Source of the DNA: Betaproteobacteria bacterium
GTDB taxonomy: Bacteria > Pseudomonadota > Gammaproteobacteria > Burkholderiales > SG8-39
Direction: 5' to 3'
DNA length: 64,000 nucleotides
NCBI GenBank assembly: GCA_947474715.1
Contig: CANJJT010000006.1
Location: 12,588 to 76,587, forward strand
In this document: one piece after another, positions 38,429 through 47,271 of the stretch
How positions within the stretch are numbered: position 1 is the stretch's first letter
Layout: each line of letters opens with the position of its first letter
The notes under the pieces: generated by a model
The model's database searches: none
The model's input: only the letters and a program-made list of their open reading frames with translations
What the model was told of the DNA's origin: nothing
Made by a program: the position numbers and the translations under genes

Positions 38429-39664
38429 GTGGCCACGTCCTCTACTGCTGCAAACTCTCCGCTGCTCAATAAACGTATCCTGCTCGGTCTCACCGGCGGA
38501 GTCGCTGCCTACAAGGCTGCCGAACTGACGCGTCTGTTCATCAAGGCCGGCGCCGACGTGCGCGTGGTGATGACCGAGGCCGCGACGCGCTTCATCGGGC
38601 CGGTCACCATGCAAGCCCTGTCCGGGCAGCCAGTCCATACCGATCTGTGGGATGCGCGCATCGCCGACAACATGGCGCACATCGAACTCTCGCGCGACCG
38701 CGACCTGATGCTGATTGCCCCGGCCAGCGCCGATTTCCTCGGCAAGCTGGCCAATGGCCTGGCCGACGATCTGCTCTCGACCTTGTGCATCGCGCGGCGC
38801 TGTCCGCTGGCGGTGGCGCCCGCCATGAACGTGGAGATGTGGTCCAGTCCGGCGACCCGGCGCAACGTGGCCCTGCTGCAGGGGGATGGCGTTCAGGTCC
38901 TGGGCCCGGCGGCAGGTGAGCAGGCCTGCGGCGAGACCGGCATGGGACGCATGCTCGAGCCCGAGGATCTGTACGCGAAGGTGCTGGCATTGCTCGGCAG
39001 TCAGGGCGCGCAGAGCCGGCCGCTCAAGGGGCGCAAGGTGCTGATCACGGCGGGGCCGACCTTCGAACCCATTGATCCGGTGCGCGGCATCACCAATACC
39101 AGTTCTGGGAAGATGGGCTATGCCGTGGCACAGGCGGCGGCCAGTGCCGGCGCCGAAGTGACGCTGGTGTCGGGCCATACCGCGCTGGCGGTGCCCCCGG
39201 GTGTCAGTCGCATCGACGTGAAAACGGCGCAGGACATGTATAACGCGGTGCTGCCGCGGGCGAAGAAGAACGACATCTTCATTGCGGTGGCCGCGGTTGC
39301 CGACTATCACGTGGTTGATGCCAAGGATCAGAAGATTAAGCGTGGCCACGGCAACATGACCATCAGGCTTGCCCCGAACCCGGACATCCTGGCCGCCGTT
39401 GCGAAACTGGCAAAGCCCCCGTTCTGCGTGGGCTTTGCCGCCGAGACCGAGAACCTGCGCGAGTATGCCCAGGCCAAGCGCAAGAAAAAGGGCATCCCGC
39501 TGCTGGCCGCCAACCTCGCCCAGCACGCCTTCGGACGTGACGACAATGCGCTGACGCTTTTCGATGACCAGGGCGAGCATGTCCTGCCGCGCACCTCCAA
39601 GGTGGAACTGGCGCACCAACTGATCACGCATATTGCCGGGATGCTTGAGCGTCGAGGTCGCTGA
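38429..39664 (+). CDS. coaBC: bifunctional phosphopantothenoylcysteine decarboxylase / phosphopantothenate--cysteine ligase
   Basis: ILLGLTGGVAAYKAAEL flavoprotein N-domain and ITAGPTFEPIDPVRGITNTSSGKMG CoaB motif. Confidence 0.9.
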   Translation: MATSSTAANSPLLNKRILLGLTGGVAAYKAAELTRLFIKAGADVRVVMTEAATRFIGPVTMQALSGQPVHTDLWDARIADNMAHIELSRDRDLMLIAPASADFLGKLANGLADDLLSTLCIARRCPLAVAPAMNVEMWSSPATRRNVALLQGDGVQVLGPAAGEQACGETGMGRMLEPEDLYAKVLALLGSQGAQSRPLKGRKVLITAGPTFEPIDPVRGITNTSSGKMGYAVAQAAASAGAEVTLVSGHTALAVPPGVSRIDVKTAQDMYNAVLPRAKKNDIFIAVAAVADYHVVDAKDQKIKRGHGNMTIRLAPNPDILAAVAKLAKPPFCVGFAAETENLREYAQAKRKKKGIPLLAANLAQHAFGRDDNALTLFDDQGEHVLPRTSKVELAHQLITHIAGMLERRGR

Positions 39665-39719
39665 TCATAATCAGTTTCACTGTCCAATGAAGACGGATAT
39701 GTGCTCGAAAAAATGATCA
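39661..39719 (+). repeat. 59-bp conserved intergenic element, copy 3
   Basis: CTGATCATAAT-N14-CAATG-N3-ACGG-N16-ATGATCA. The TGA at 39662-39664 is the coaBC stop codon, and the element ends 37 nt before the dut ATG. Confidence 0.75.
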
Positions 39720-39755
39720 TATTCTTATTTCACCATGGACGTTGGCAGACCAGCC

Positions 39756-40205
39756 ATGCAACAACTTGATGTAAGAATCCTCGATGCCCGCATGCAGGGT
39801 CACCTGCCTGCCTATGCCACTTCAGGTGCCGCCGGCCTGGATCTGCGCGCCTGCATCGATGCACCCCTGGAATTGCAGCCTGGCAGCACCATGCTGGTTC
39901 CGACCGGGCTGGCCATACACATCGGCAACCCGGGGCTGGCCGCAGTCATCCTGCCGCGCTCGGGTTTGGGCCACAAGCATGGCATCGTGCTCGGCAATCT
40001 GGTGGGCCTGATCGATTCGGATTACCAGGGCCAGTTGATGGTGTCGATGTGGAATCGCGGCAGCGCCCCCTTCACCATCCAGCCCATGGAGCGCGTCGCC
40101 CAACTGGTGGTGGTCCCGGTGGTGCAGGTCAGCCTGAACGTGGTGGAAGACTTCGCCGCCAGCGCACGCGGTGAGGGCGGCTTCGGCAGCACCGGCAAGC
40201 GCTGA
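39756..40205 (+). CDS. dut: dUTP diphosphatase
   Basis: AAGLDLRA and [25 protein letters not shown] motifs. ATG at 39756 (MQQLDVRIL). Confidence 0.9.
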   Translation: MQQLDVRILDARMQGHLPAYATSGAAGLDLRACIDAPLELQPGSTMLVPTGLAIHIGNPGLAAVILPRSGLGHKHGIVLGNLVGLIDSDYQGQLMVSMWNRGSAPFTIQPMERVAQLVVVPVVQVSLNVVEDFAASARGEGGFGSTGKR

Positions 40206-40210
40206 GTCCC

Positions 40211-41533
40211 TCAGCCTGCGGGCTGTTCTCCCAGTGTGTCGTCCCACAGGGTGCGCGCCCAGGCCAGGCCATACAGTCCTTCGACGTCATTATGGCGTGC
40301 TGACACCCCGCCTGCCCCGGTCACCGGCAGCATGCTCTTGCGTGCGACATCGTAGCGATGCACCGAGGCGACGTGCATGGCCTCCCGATCGGAGACGAAG
40401 CTGTAGCAGGTGTTGATGATGCCGGGTGCCGCGGCAGGATCGACGGGGCGCCCGTTCATGATCTCGATGATGGCGGCAGCGGCAATCTTGCCGTGCTGGT
40501 TGGCCATCTGACCCGACTTGGGCATGCCCTGGGCAGACAGGGTGGCATCCCCCAGCACGTGCACGCCCTGGCTGACGGTCGATTCCATGGTCAGCCAGTC
40601 GACATCGCACCAGCGTCCGGTCTTGCCGGTCAGGCCGATGGCGCGCGCAATGCCGGCCGCCTGCATGGGGGGCAGGATGTTGAGTACATCGCCGCGGATG
40701 GTTTCGAAGTCGGTCCTGACGGTGCTCGTGCGCGCATCCACGGATTTCACTTCACTGTTCGGCCGGTAGTCGATGATGCCGCCATACAACTCCTTCCACG
40801 CCGCCTTGAACAGTCCGGGCTTGGAGGTGACATCCGGGTTGGCATCGAGGATCAGCACTTTCGAGCGTGGCTTGGCCTGTTTGAAATACCAGGCCACCTG
40901 GCAGGCGCGCTCGTAGGGGCCGGGCGGGCAGCGGTAGGGCGCCAGCGGAATGGAGAGGATGTAGGTGCCGCCATCGCGCATGGCTTCGAGCTGCCGGCGC
41001 AAGGCCACGGTCTCGGCGCCGGCCTTCCACGCGGCCAGGACGGTTTTGCGCGCAGCTTCGTCGTAGCCTTCGATCTGCTCGTGCATGTAGTCGATGCCCG
41101 GGGCGATGACCAGCCGGTCGAATGACAGGTCGGCAAAGCGATGGGCGAACTTGATGCGCTTGCGTTCCAGGTCGATGGCCGCGACCTCGTCGCCCATCAC
41201 ACGCACGCCGGCGGCCCGCAGCCCGTCGTAGCTGCGGGTGATGTTCTCCATGCGGCGCGAACCACCCAGCACCAGATTGGAGATGGGGCAGGAGACGAAT
41301 TGGTGCTCGCGGTCGACCAGCATCACCTCGATGGATTCACGCGACCACAGGCGCAGGTAGCGCGCTGCCGTGGCGCCGGCAAAGCCGGCCCCGACGATCA
41401 TCACACGGCCTACGGATTTCGCGGGAGGCGGCGATGAAGGCGCAGCGCAACCCGCCAGCCAGGCGCTGCCGATCGCACCGGTGGCCTTCAGGAAATGTCG
41501 CCGTCCCCGGCCTTGTTGCTGGTGCATGCTCAT
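40211..41533 (-). CDS. fccB: flavocytochrome c sulfide dehydrogenase flavoprotein subunit (FccB/SoxF-like FAD oxidoreductase)
   Basis: Tat signal GRGRRHFLKATGAIG, the FAD fold VMIVGAGFAGATAARYL, and translational coupling to an upstream c-type cytochrome gene. Confidence 0.75.
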   Translation of the reverse strand: MSMHQQQGRGRRHFLKATGAIGSAWLAGCAAPSSPPPAKSVGRVMIVGAGFAGATAARYLRLWSRESIEVMLVDREHQFVSCPISNLVLGGSRRMENITRSYDGLRAAGVRVMGDEVAAIDLERKRIKFAHRFADLSFDRLVIAPGIDYMHEQIEGYDEAARKTVLAAWKAGAETVALRRQLEAMRDGGTYILSIPLAPYRCPPGPYERACQVAWYFKQAKPRSKVLILDANPDVTSKPGLFKAAWKELYGGIIDYRPNSEVKSVDARTSTVRTDFETIRGDVLNILPPMQAAGIARAIGLTGKTGRWCDVDWLTMESTVSQGVHVLGDATLSAQGMPKSGQMANQHGKIAAAAIIEIMNGRPVDPAAAPGIINTCYSFVSDREAMHVASVHRYDVARKSMLPVTGAGGVSARHNDVEGLYGLAWARTLWDDTLGEQPAG

Positions 41534-41862
41534 GGCCGCGCCTCCCCAGAGTACCAGGCGGCGATGGCCTCGATCTGCCGGTCGTCATAGCCGCGTGCCA
41601 GCTGCGGCATGAGGGTGCCGCTGCGACGCCCGTCGCGAAAGTCCTTCATCGTTTGTGACAGATAGGCGCGTGGCTTGCCGGTGAGCACCGGCAGTCCGCC
41701 GGCACTGGTGTCCCGGGCGGCATGGCAACTGGCGCAGGCGGCGGCAAGGTTGCGCGCGAAATCGTGATTGGCGGTGATGCGATCCTGCGCATTCGCGGGC
41801 AGGGCATGTGCCAGTGCAGTCAGCGCAAGCGCGCTGGCGAGTAGGGTCAGCTGGGGTTTGAT
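41530..41862 (-). CDS. fccA: monohaem c-type cytochrome (FccA-like partner of FccB), not in the ORF track
   Basis: Hand translation gives (I/M)KPQLTLLASALALTALAHALPANA-QDRITANHDFARNLAAACASCHAAR...LMPQLARGYDDRQIEAIAAWYSGEARP*. It has a signal peptide and a CxxCH haem motif, and the TGA overlaps the fccB ATG (ATGA). The only sensible start is ATC 41862, 8 nt after GGAGG. Confidence 0.7.
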   Translation of the reverse strand: MKPQLTLLASALALTALAHALPANAQDRITANHDFARNLAAACASCHAARDTSAGGLPVLTGKPRAYLSQTMKDFRDGRRSGTLMPQLARGYDDRQIEAIAAWYSGEARP

Positions 41863-42036
41863 GGGAAGTTCCTCCGGACGCGCACCGATCCCCTGGTGGG
41901 GTGTGCCTGTTCATGGCTTGTTGGTAGCTTCGCCCGCCGGCGTCGCTGGTTGCCTTGTTGTGCCGGGAGTTTCACGGCAGCGGCGCCGACTGTCAAGGAT
42001 GCATCGGACGGGGAAGTCGCAGGCCCCGAAATGGAA

Positions 42037-42056
42037 ACGGGGGCCGCAGCCCCCGT
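42037..42056 (-). terminator. hairpin terminator downstream of clpA
   Basis: acgggggc-cgca-gcccccgt perfect 8-bp GC-rich stem about 30 nt past the clpA stop, followed on the minus strand by a T-rich stretch (tttccattt). Confidence 0.55.
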
Positions 42057-42085
42057 TGTGAGACGACTCGACGCGTACCGGGTTG

Positions 42086-44383
42086 TCAGGCTTCGGGGGT
42101 AACTTCCTTGACCTTCTCCTCTTCGAACCTGAGGACGACCTTGCCGGCGGCATCCGCATCCACCGTCACCTTGCCCCCGGAGGCAAGGCGGCCGAACAGC
42201 AACTCGTCGGCCAGCGCCCGGCGTATGGTGTCCTGGATCAGGCGTGACATCGGGCGCGCACCCATGAGTGGGTCGAAACCTGCCTTGGACAGGTGCTCGC
42301 GCAGCGCATCGGTGAAGACCGCATCCACCTTCTTCTCGTGCAGCTGGGCTTCCAGTTGCATGAGGAACTTGTCGACTACACGGACGATGACGTCATGGTC
42401 GAGCGAGCTGAAGGATATGGTGGCATCCAGCCGGTTGCGGAACTCCGGGGAGAACAGCCGCTTGATCTCGGCCATTTCATCGCCCATCGCCCGGCTGTTG
42501 GTGAAGCCCATGACGGTCTTGTTCAGCGCCTCCGCTCCGGCATTGGTGGTCATGACGATGATGACGTTGCGGAAGTCGGCCTTGCGGCCGTTGTTGTCGG
42601 TGAGCGTGCCGTGGTCCATCACCTGCAGCAGGATGTTGTAGATGTCCGAGTGCGCCTTCTCGATCTCGTCGAGCAGCAGCACGGCATAGGGCTTCTTGGA
42701 GATGGCCTCGGTAAGCAGTCCACCCTGGTCGAAGCCGACATAGCCGGGCGGGGCGCCGATCAGGCGGGACACGGTGTGTCGTTCCATGTACTCGGACATG
42801 TCGAAGCGGTGCAGCTCTATGCCCATGCAATAGGCGAGCTGCCGGGCCACTTCGGTCTTGCCGACGCCGGTCGGGCCGGAAAACAGGAAGGCGCCGATGG
42901 GCTTTTGCGGGTTGCCCAGGCCCGAGCGTGCGGTGCGGATGGCCGACACCAGCGCGTCGATTGCCTTGTCCTGGCCGAATACCACGGCTTTGAGGTCGCG
43001 GTCGAGGTTCTTGAGCGCGTTGCGATCGTTCTGGGACACCGAGGCTGGCGGGATGCGGGCGATCTTGGCGATGATTTCCTCGATCTCCGCCTTGCCGATG
43101 AGCTTCTTCTGCCGTGACTTGGGCAGGATCTTCTGCGCCGCGCCGGCTTCGTCTATCACGTCAATGGCCTTGTCCGGGAGGTGGCGGTCGGTGATGTAGC
43201 GCGCCGAGAGTTCTGCTGCGGTTGACAGGGCATTGGCGCTGTACTTCACGCCATGGTGCAGCTCGAAGCGCGATTTCAGGCCGCGCAGGATCTGCACGGT
43301 CTCGTCTATGGTGGGCTCCGGCACGTCGATCTTCTGGAAGCGCCGCGACAGCGCATGGTCCTTCTCGAAAATGCCCCGGTACTCGTTGTAGGTGGTTGCG
43401 CCGATGCACTTGAGGGCGCCCGAGGAGAGCGCCGGCTTCAGCAAGTTGGATGCGTCGAGCGTTCCACCCGAGGCGGCACCCGCGCCGATGATGGTATGGA
43501 TCTCGTCGATGAACAGGATGGCATTGGGATTGTCGACCAGCTGCTTGAGCACGGCCTTGAGGCGTTGCTCGAAATCGCCGCGGTACTTGGTGCCGGCCAG
43601 CAATGCGCCCATGTCCAGGGAATGGACCTGGCAATTGGCCAGGATCTCCGGCACCTGGCCATCCACGATGCGCTTGGCCAGGCCTTCGGCAATGGCGGTC
43701 TTGCCCACGCCGGCTTCGCCCACCAGCAACGGGTTGTTCTTGCGCCGTCGGCACAGTGTCTGGATCACGCGCTCCAGCTCATGCTCGCGGCCGATCAGCG
43801 GATCGATCTTCCCGGCCAGGGCCTGGGTGTTGAGGTTCTGGGTGTAGGTCTCCAGAGCGCCGCTGCCCTGCTGTTCCTCGGCGCCGGCTTCCTGCTCCTG
43901 CCCGGCGCCAGCCTTGGCATCCTTGCCCTGGGGGGACTTGGTGATGCCGTGGGAGATGAAATTGACCACATCCAGCCGCGTCACACCCTGCTGGTGCAGG
44001 AAGTAGACGGCATGGGAATCCTTCTCGCCGAATATCGCGACCAGCACGTTGGATCCGGTCACTTCCTTCTTGCCGGAGGACTGAACGTGGAGGATGGCGC
44101 GCTGGATGACGCGCTGGAACCCGAGCGTCGGCTGGGTGTCGATCTCCTCGCTGCCGGCCACGGTCGGGGTGTGGGCGGTGATGAAGTCCGAGAGAGCCTT
44201 GCGCAGCCCATCGATGTTGGCGGCGCAGGCGCGCAAGGCCTCCACGGCGGTGGGATTGTCCAGCAGTGCGAGCAGCAGGTGCTCCACAGTGATGAACTCG
44301 TGCCGCTTCTGGCGCGCCTCCACGAAAGCCATGTGCAGGCTGACTTCCAGTTCCTGGGCGATCACGTTTCCTCCATTAGACAT
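42086..44383 (-). CDS. clpA: ATP-dependent Clp protease ATP-binding subunit ClpA
   Basis: Two AAA+ modules ([13 protein letters not shown] and [15 protein letters not shown]) and a Clp N-domain. The start may be a few codons downstream (..[14 protein letters not shown]). Confidence 0.95.
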   Translation of the reverse strand: MSNGGNVIAQELEVSLHMAFVEARQKRHEFITVEHLLLALLDNPTAVEALRACAANIDGLRKALSDFITAHTPTVAGSEEIDTQPTLGFQRVIQRAILHVQSSGKKEVTGSNVLVAIFGEKDSHAVYFLHQQGVTRLDVVNFISHGITKSPQGKDAKAGAGQEQEAGAEEQQGSGALETYTQNLNTQALAGKIDPLIGREHELERVIQTLCRRRKNNPLLVGEAGVGKTAIAEGLAKRIVDGQVPEILANCQVHSLDMGALLAGTKYRGDFEQRLKAVLKQLVDNPNAILFIDEIHTIIGAGAASGGTLDASNLLKPALSSGALKCIGATTYNEYRGIFEKDHALSRRFQKIDVPEPTIDETVQILRGLKSRFELHHGVKYSANALSTAAELSARYITDRHLPDKAIDVIDEAGAAQKILPKSRQKKLIGKAEIEEIIAKIARIPPASVSQNDRNALKNLDRDLKAVVFGQDKAIDALVSAIRTARSGLGNPQKPIGAFLFSGPTGVGKTEVARQLAYCMGIELHRFDMSEYMERHTVSRLIGAPPGYVGFDQGGLLTEAISKKPYAVLLLDEIEKAHSDIYNILLQVMDHGTLTDNNGRKADFRNVIIVMTTNAGAEALNKTVMGFTNSRAMGDEMAEIKRLFSPEFRNRLDATISFSSLDHDVIVRVVDKFLMQLEAQLHEKKVDAVFTDALREHLSKAGFDPLMGARPMSRLIQDTIRRALADELLFGRLASGGKVTVDADAAGKVVLRFEEEKVKEVTPEA

Positions 44384-44670
44384 TGCAGGGGATGTTGGTG
44401 CTTGTGTGCGTAGGCGATGACCTGGTCCCGCTTGGTAGTGGCGATGTCGCGGGGGTAGATCCCGCAGACACCCATTCCCTCGCGGTGCACCTTGAGCATG
44501 ACCTGGGTCGCCTGTTCGCGGCTCATGGCAAAAAACTGCTGCAGGACAATGATCACGAATTCCATCGGGGTGTAATCATCATTCAGCAGCATCACCTTGA
44601 AAAGTGGCGGTGGCTTGAGCCTGGCTTTCTGGGCTTCAAGTATTGTGGCATCTCGAGAACGGGTAGCCAT
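44362..44670 (-). CDS. clpS: ATP-dependent Clp protease adaptor ClpS
   Basis: [19 protein letters not shown] core motif, immediately upstream of clpA. Confidence 0.95.
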   Translation of the reverse strand: MATRSRDATILEAQKARLKPPPLFKVMLLNDDYTPMEFVIIVLQQFFAMSREQATQVMLKVHREGMGVCGIYPRDIATTKRDQVIAYAHKHQHPLQCLMEET

Positions 44671-45111
44671 ATTGTCAAAAACTGTCCTGCAAAGCGTACC
44701 CCGGGTGCCGTGGAGCGGTCACTGCCACTGCCTGTTACACCCGGTTGGACAACAATCATGCGTTGTAATTCCCGGGGAGCGGGCATCGCATGGCCCACCT
44801 AGCTGCATCTGCGCAATGCAAATGCGGTTCGACTTCTACTGTACTGATTGTTACTGGCAAACACAATGTCCCTGGTGGATCAGTCCCGCTTCAATTCCCG
44901 GCCTTTCAGGCAGGGTATCGCGACTTGAGAAAGGCCGATATTTCACTTGACAGAATGAAAAAAGCCACATTGACGCGTTTTTACAATGGGCGTATAAGGC
45001 TGTCCTGTGTTTGTCCTCCAAGCCCTATAGGGGATGGAAAACCCTGCGGCCACGTGAGGAACAGACATGGTTCCGGGCTTTTCCGGTTATTTCGATTCGA
45101 GGATGGGTTCT

Positions 45112-45315
45112 ATGCCAACAGGTACGGTGAAGTGGTTCAATGATGCAAAGGGGTATGGCTTCATCACCCCGGATGATGGTGGTGAAGATTTGTTCGCGCA
45201 TTTTTCGGCTATCCAGATGAGTGGTTTCAAGACGTTGAAGGAAGGCCAGAAGGTCCAGTTTGAAGTGACCCAGGGTCCCAAGGGCAAGCAGGCCTCGAAT
45301 ATTCAGGCCCCATGA
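45112..45315 (+). CDS. cspD: cold-shock domain protein (CspD-like by position)
   Basis: [32 protein letters not shown] motifs. ATG at 45112 follows GAGGA. Divergent from clpS as in E. coli cspD. Confidence 0.9.
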   Translation: MPTGTVKWFNDAKGYGFITPDDGGEDLFAHFSAIQMSGFKTLKEGQKVQFEVTQGPKGKQASNIQAP

Positions 45316-45328
45316 CGATATTCTCCAG

Positions 45329-45352
45329 ACGGGCGTGATGCGCCCGTTTTCT
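45329..45352 (+). terminator. rho-independent terminator of the csp gene
   Basis: acgggcg-tgatg-cgcccgt hairpin followed by tttt, 14 nt after the stop. Confidence 0.7.
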
Positions 45353-45381
45353 TTGCAGGCTCTGTGGCATTCGGGCTCAGC

Positions 45382-45410
45382 AAAAAAGGCCGCGCATGCG
45401 GCCTTTTTTT
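45382..45410. terminator. second, bidirectional-looking terminator hairpin
   Basis: aaaaaa-ggccgc-gcat-gcggcc-ttttttt, with an A-tract before and a T-tract after a GC stem. Confidence 0.7.
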
Positions 45411-45735
45411 CTTGGTGATGACGCAATTGTCCTGCTGTCCATATGTCTGAAATATTTCGATGGAATGGCGTGGAGTCTGCCAGTGAGCAATGGCCGTAGC
45501 CCTAGAAGTTGGAGGGACTGACGGCCATATTTGCCCATTCGGAGCTAATCGGTTGTTCCTGAAACGGAAAATCCCTTGCTCGATTGCAATCATCACTTTC
45601 CTTGATTAGAATGATGCGTCCCAAAATTTTGCCGGGTGTGTCAACCGGCCTTGAGCAGGGGCGTTAGGAGGAGGGACTGGTCCGAAAAGCCGGTCGTTCC
45701 GAAAATTTCGCATCATCAAAGAGAGAGGAAAAACC

Positions 45736-45894
45736 ATGCAAAAGTTCATCGCTATCGTTCTGGCTTCCATGTTCGCCGCTGTCTCCTTCAGCGCTGTTGC
45801 CGCTGATGCCAAGAAGGACGATAAGAAGGCTGAAGCCAAGAAGGACGACAAGAAGGCTGATGCCAAGAAGGCTGATGCCAAGAAGGCTAATTAA
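45736..45894 (+). CDS. small secreted Lys/Ala/Asp-rich repeat peptide (52 aa), not in the ORF track
   Basis: SD agagagga, then ATG. Translation is MQKFIAIVLASMFAAVSFSAVAA-DAKKDDKKAEAKKDDKKADAKKADAKKAN*. It has a signal peptide with an AVA-A site and a strong terminator directly downstream. The listed antisense ORF 45606..45881 is the mirror artefact. Confidence 0.65.
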   Translation: MQKFIAIVLASMFAAVSFSAVAADAKKDDKKAEAKKDDKKADAKKADAKKAN

Positions 45895-45920
45895 TTCGTC
45901 TTCTGACGAATCGCTGAAAA

Positions 45921-45947
45921 GGCAGGGGTGTTCCCCCTGCCTTTTTT
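45921..45947 (+). terminator. rho-independent terminator of the small ORF
   Basis: ggcagggg-tgttc-cccctgcc followed by tttttt. Confidence 0.8.
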
Positions 45948-46001
45948 CATTTCTGGGCCTTGATCAATGCACTACCCTGATCCCGACATCGCCAGCCTGG
46001 G

Positions 46002-46463
46002 TTGACCAACGTGAACAGTTTGACTAGACGCTTTCTTGGCATTTCTGCCGCAGCTGCAGCCTTGTACTGCCTGCCAGGCTGGGCCCAGATGCCCCGCATG
46101 ACCTTGGGTGCCGGCATGCACATCATCAACGCCGAGGTGGCCCACACCATGGATAACCGGACACAGGGGCTGATGTACCGCAAGACCCTGCCTGGCAACG
46201 AGGGCATGCTGTTCGTCTTCACCGAGGAAGAGCGTCACTGCATGTGGATGAGGAACACCTATGTGCCGCTTTCCGTTGCCTTCGTTGATGCCCGCGGAAA
46301 GATCGTCAGCATCCATGACATGGAGCCGTTGACCGAGAACAGCCACTGCGCGGCGGCCCCGTCCCGATTTGCCCTCGAGATGAGCAAGGGCTGGTTCAAG
46401 TCGCGTGGCATAGCCGCGGGTGCCAGCCTGCGCGGTCTGGAGACAGCACCCAAGCCTCAGTAA
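46002..46463 (+). CDS. DUF192 domain-containing protein
   Basis: GLMYRKTLPGNEGMLFVF...MWMRNTYVPLSVAFVD...ALEMSKGWF pattern with a signal peptide. Start at TTG 46002 or GTG 46011. Confidence 0.75.
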   Translation: MTNVNSLTRRFLGISAAAAALYCLPGWAQMPRMTLGAGMHIINAEVAHTMDNRTQGLMYRKTLPGNEGMLFVFTEEERHCMWMRNTYVPLSVAFVDARGKIVSIHDMEPLTENSHCAAAPSRFALEMSKGWFKSRGIAAGASLRGLETAPKPQ

Positions 46464-46498
46464 ATGGCGGCCAGCTTACCGCCGACACCAACGAAAAA

Positions 46499-46519
46499 GG
46501 GCCCTCACGGGCCCTTTTT
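46499..46519. terminator. bidirectional terminator between convergent genes
   Basis: aaaaa-gggccc-tcac-gggccc-ttttt perfect hairpin between DUF192 (+) and the membrane protein gene (-). Confidence 0.8.
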
Positions 46520-46540
46520 CATGGCGCTCCAGTTGCCTGA

Positions 46541-47122
46541 TCAGAGGCCGCCGTTTTGTTGCGCCACCATGCAGTACAGCATGGGGATGGAGAGCATGGT
46601 GTTGAAGCGCGAGGTCAGCATGGCCACACGTGCAGCTTTGGCCTTGGCCTCGGCATCCACCTGGACGATGCCCAATGCCTTCTTCTGATTCGGCCAGATG
46701 ATGAACCAGACATTGAAGGCCATGATCAGGCCGAGCCACATGCCGATCGCGATAGCCGTGAACGGGCGGGCAAAGGTGAACAGGTTGCCGAGGTAGCCGT
46801 TCATGCCAGCCAGCAGCAGGCCGGTCACCACGGTCGCCAGTGCGGCCCACCTGAACCAGAACAGCGCAGTCGGGGCGATAACCTTGCCGATGGCCGGTTT
46901 CTGCTCATCCGGAATCTTGGGCATCGAAGGTATCTGCACGAAGTTGAAATACCACAGCAGGCCAATCCACATCACGCCGGCCAGCACGTGGAACCAGCGC
47001 ATGACAAAGGCACCCCAGGCATGGTTGAACTCGATGCCTGAGCCGGAGGCTGCAATGAGTATGATGACGAGTACGACACCGGCGGTTACCGTGCGCCCCA
47101 GGGATTGGAAAATCGCTCCCAT
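46541..47122 (-). CDS. integral membrane protein resembling the transmembrane domain of PuuD-type urate hydroxylases (function unknown)
   Basis: WFHVLAGVMWIGLLWYFNFVQIP motif and several TM helices. ATG at 47122 follows AGGAG. No cytochrome c domain is present. Confidence 0.5.
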   Translation of the reverse strand: MGAIFQSLGRTVTAGVVLVIILIAASGSGIEFNHAWGAFVMRWFHVLAGVMWIGLLWYFNFVQIPSMPKIPDEQKPAIGKVIAPTALFWFRWAALATVVTGLLLAGMNGYLGNLFTFARPFTAIAIGMWLGLIMAFNVWFIIWPNQKKALGIVQVDAEAKAKAARVAMLTSRFNTMLSIPMLYCMVAQQNGGL

Positions 47123-47271
47123 GACAGAATCTCCTTCGTGATGAATTGGTTTTTGCTGGTTTTCGACGGATGCGAAAACAGGGCTGTCAAGCAAACCGAG
47201 TGTAGCACAGCAGGGCGATTCTCATTCTCAAGGACATGCTTGTTCTGATCTCATGTCGGCTTGGGCCCGAG

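Noticed and set aside
41585-41914. Listed 109-aa minus-strand ORF upstream of fccB
   Set aside because: This is the wrong reading frame (Arg/Cys/Pro-rich, no haem motif). The adjacent frame encodes a clean signal peptide plus a CxxCH cytochrome c, reported as fccA.
44844-44892. Partial resemblance to the 59-bp element in the clpS-csp intergenic region (CTGATTGTTAC...CAATGTCC), and a CCAATGAcGATGATCA fragment on the minus strand at 61150-61170
   Set aside because: Block spacing differs (20 rather than 24 nt, or collapsed) and the ACGG and terminal ATGATCA blocks are missing, so these were not counted as copies.
45606-45881. 91-aa minus-strand ORF with ASAFL repeats
   Set aside because: It is the mirror image of the Lys-rich plus-strand small ORF. 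The plus-strand frame has an SD, a signal peptide and a terminator, and the minus-strand frame has none.
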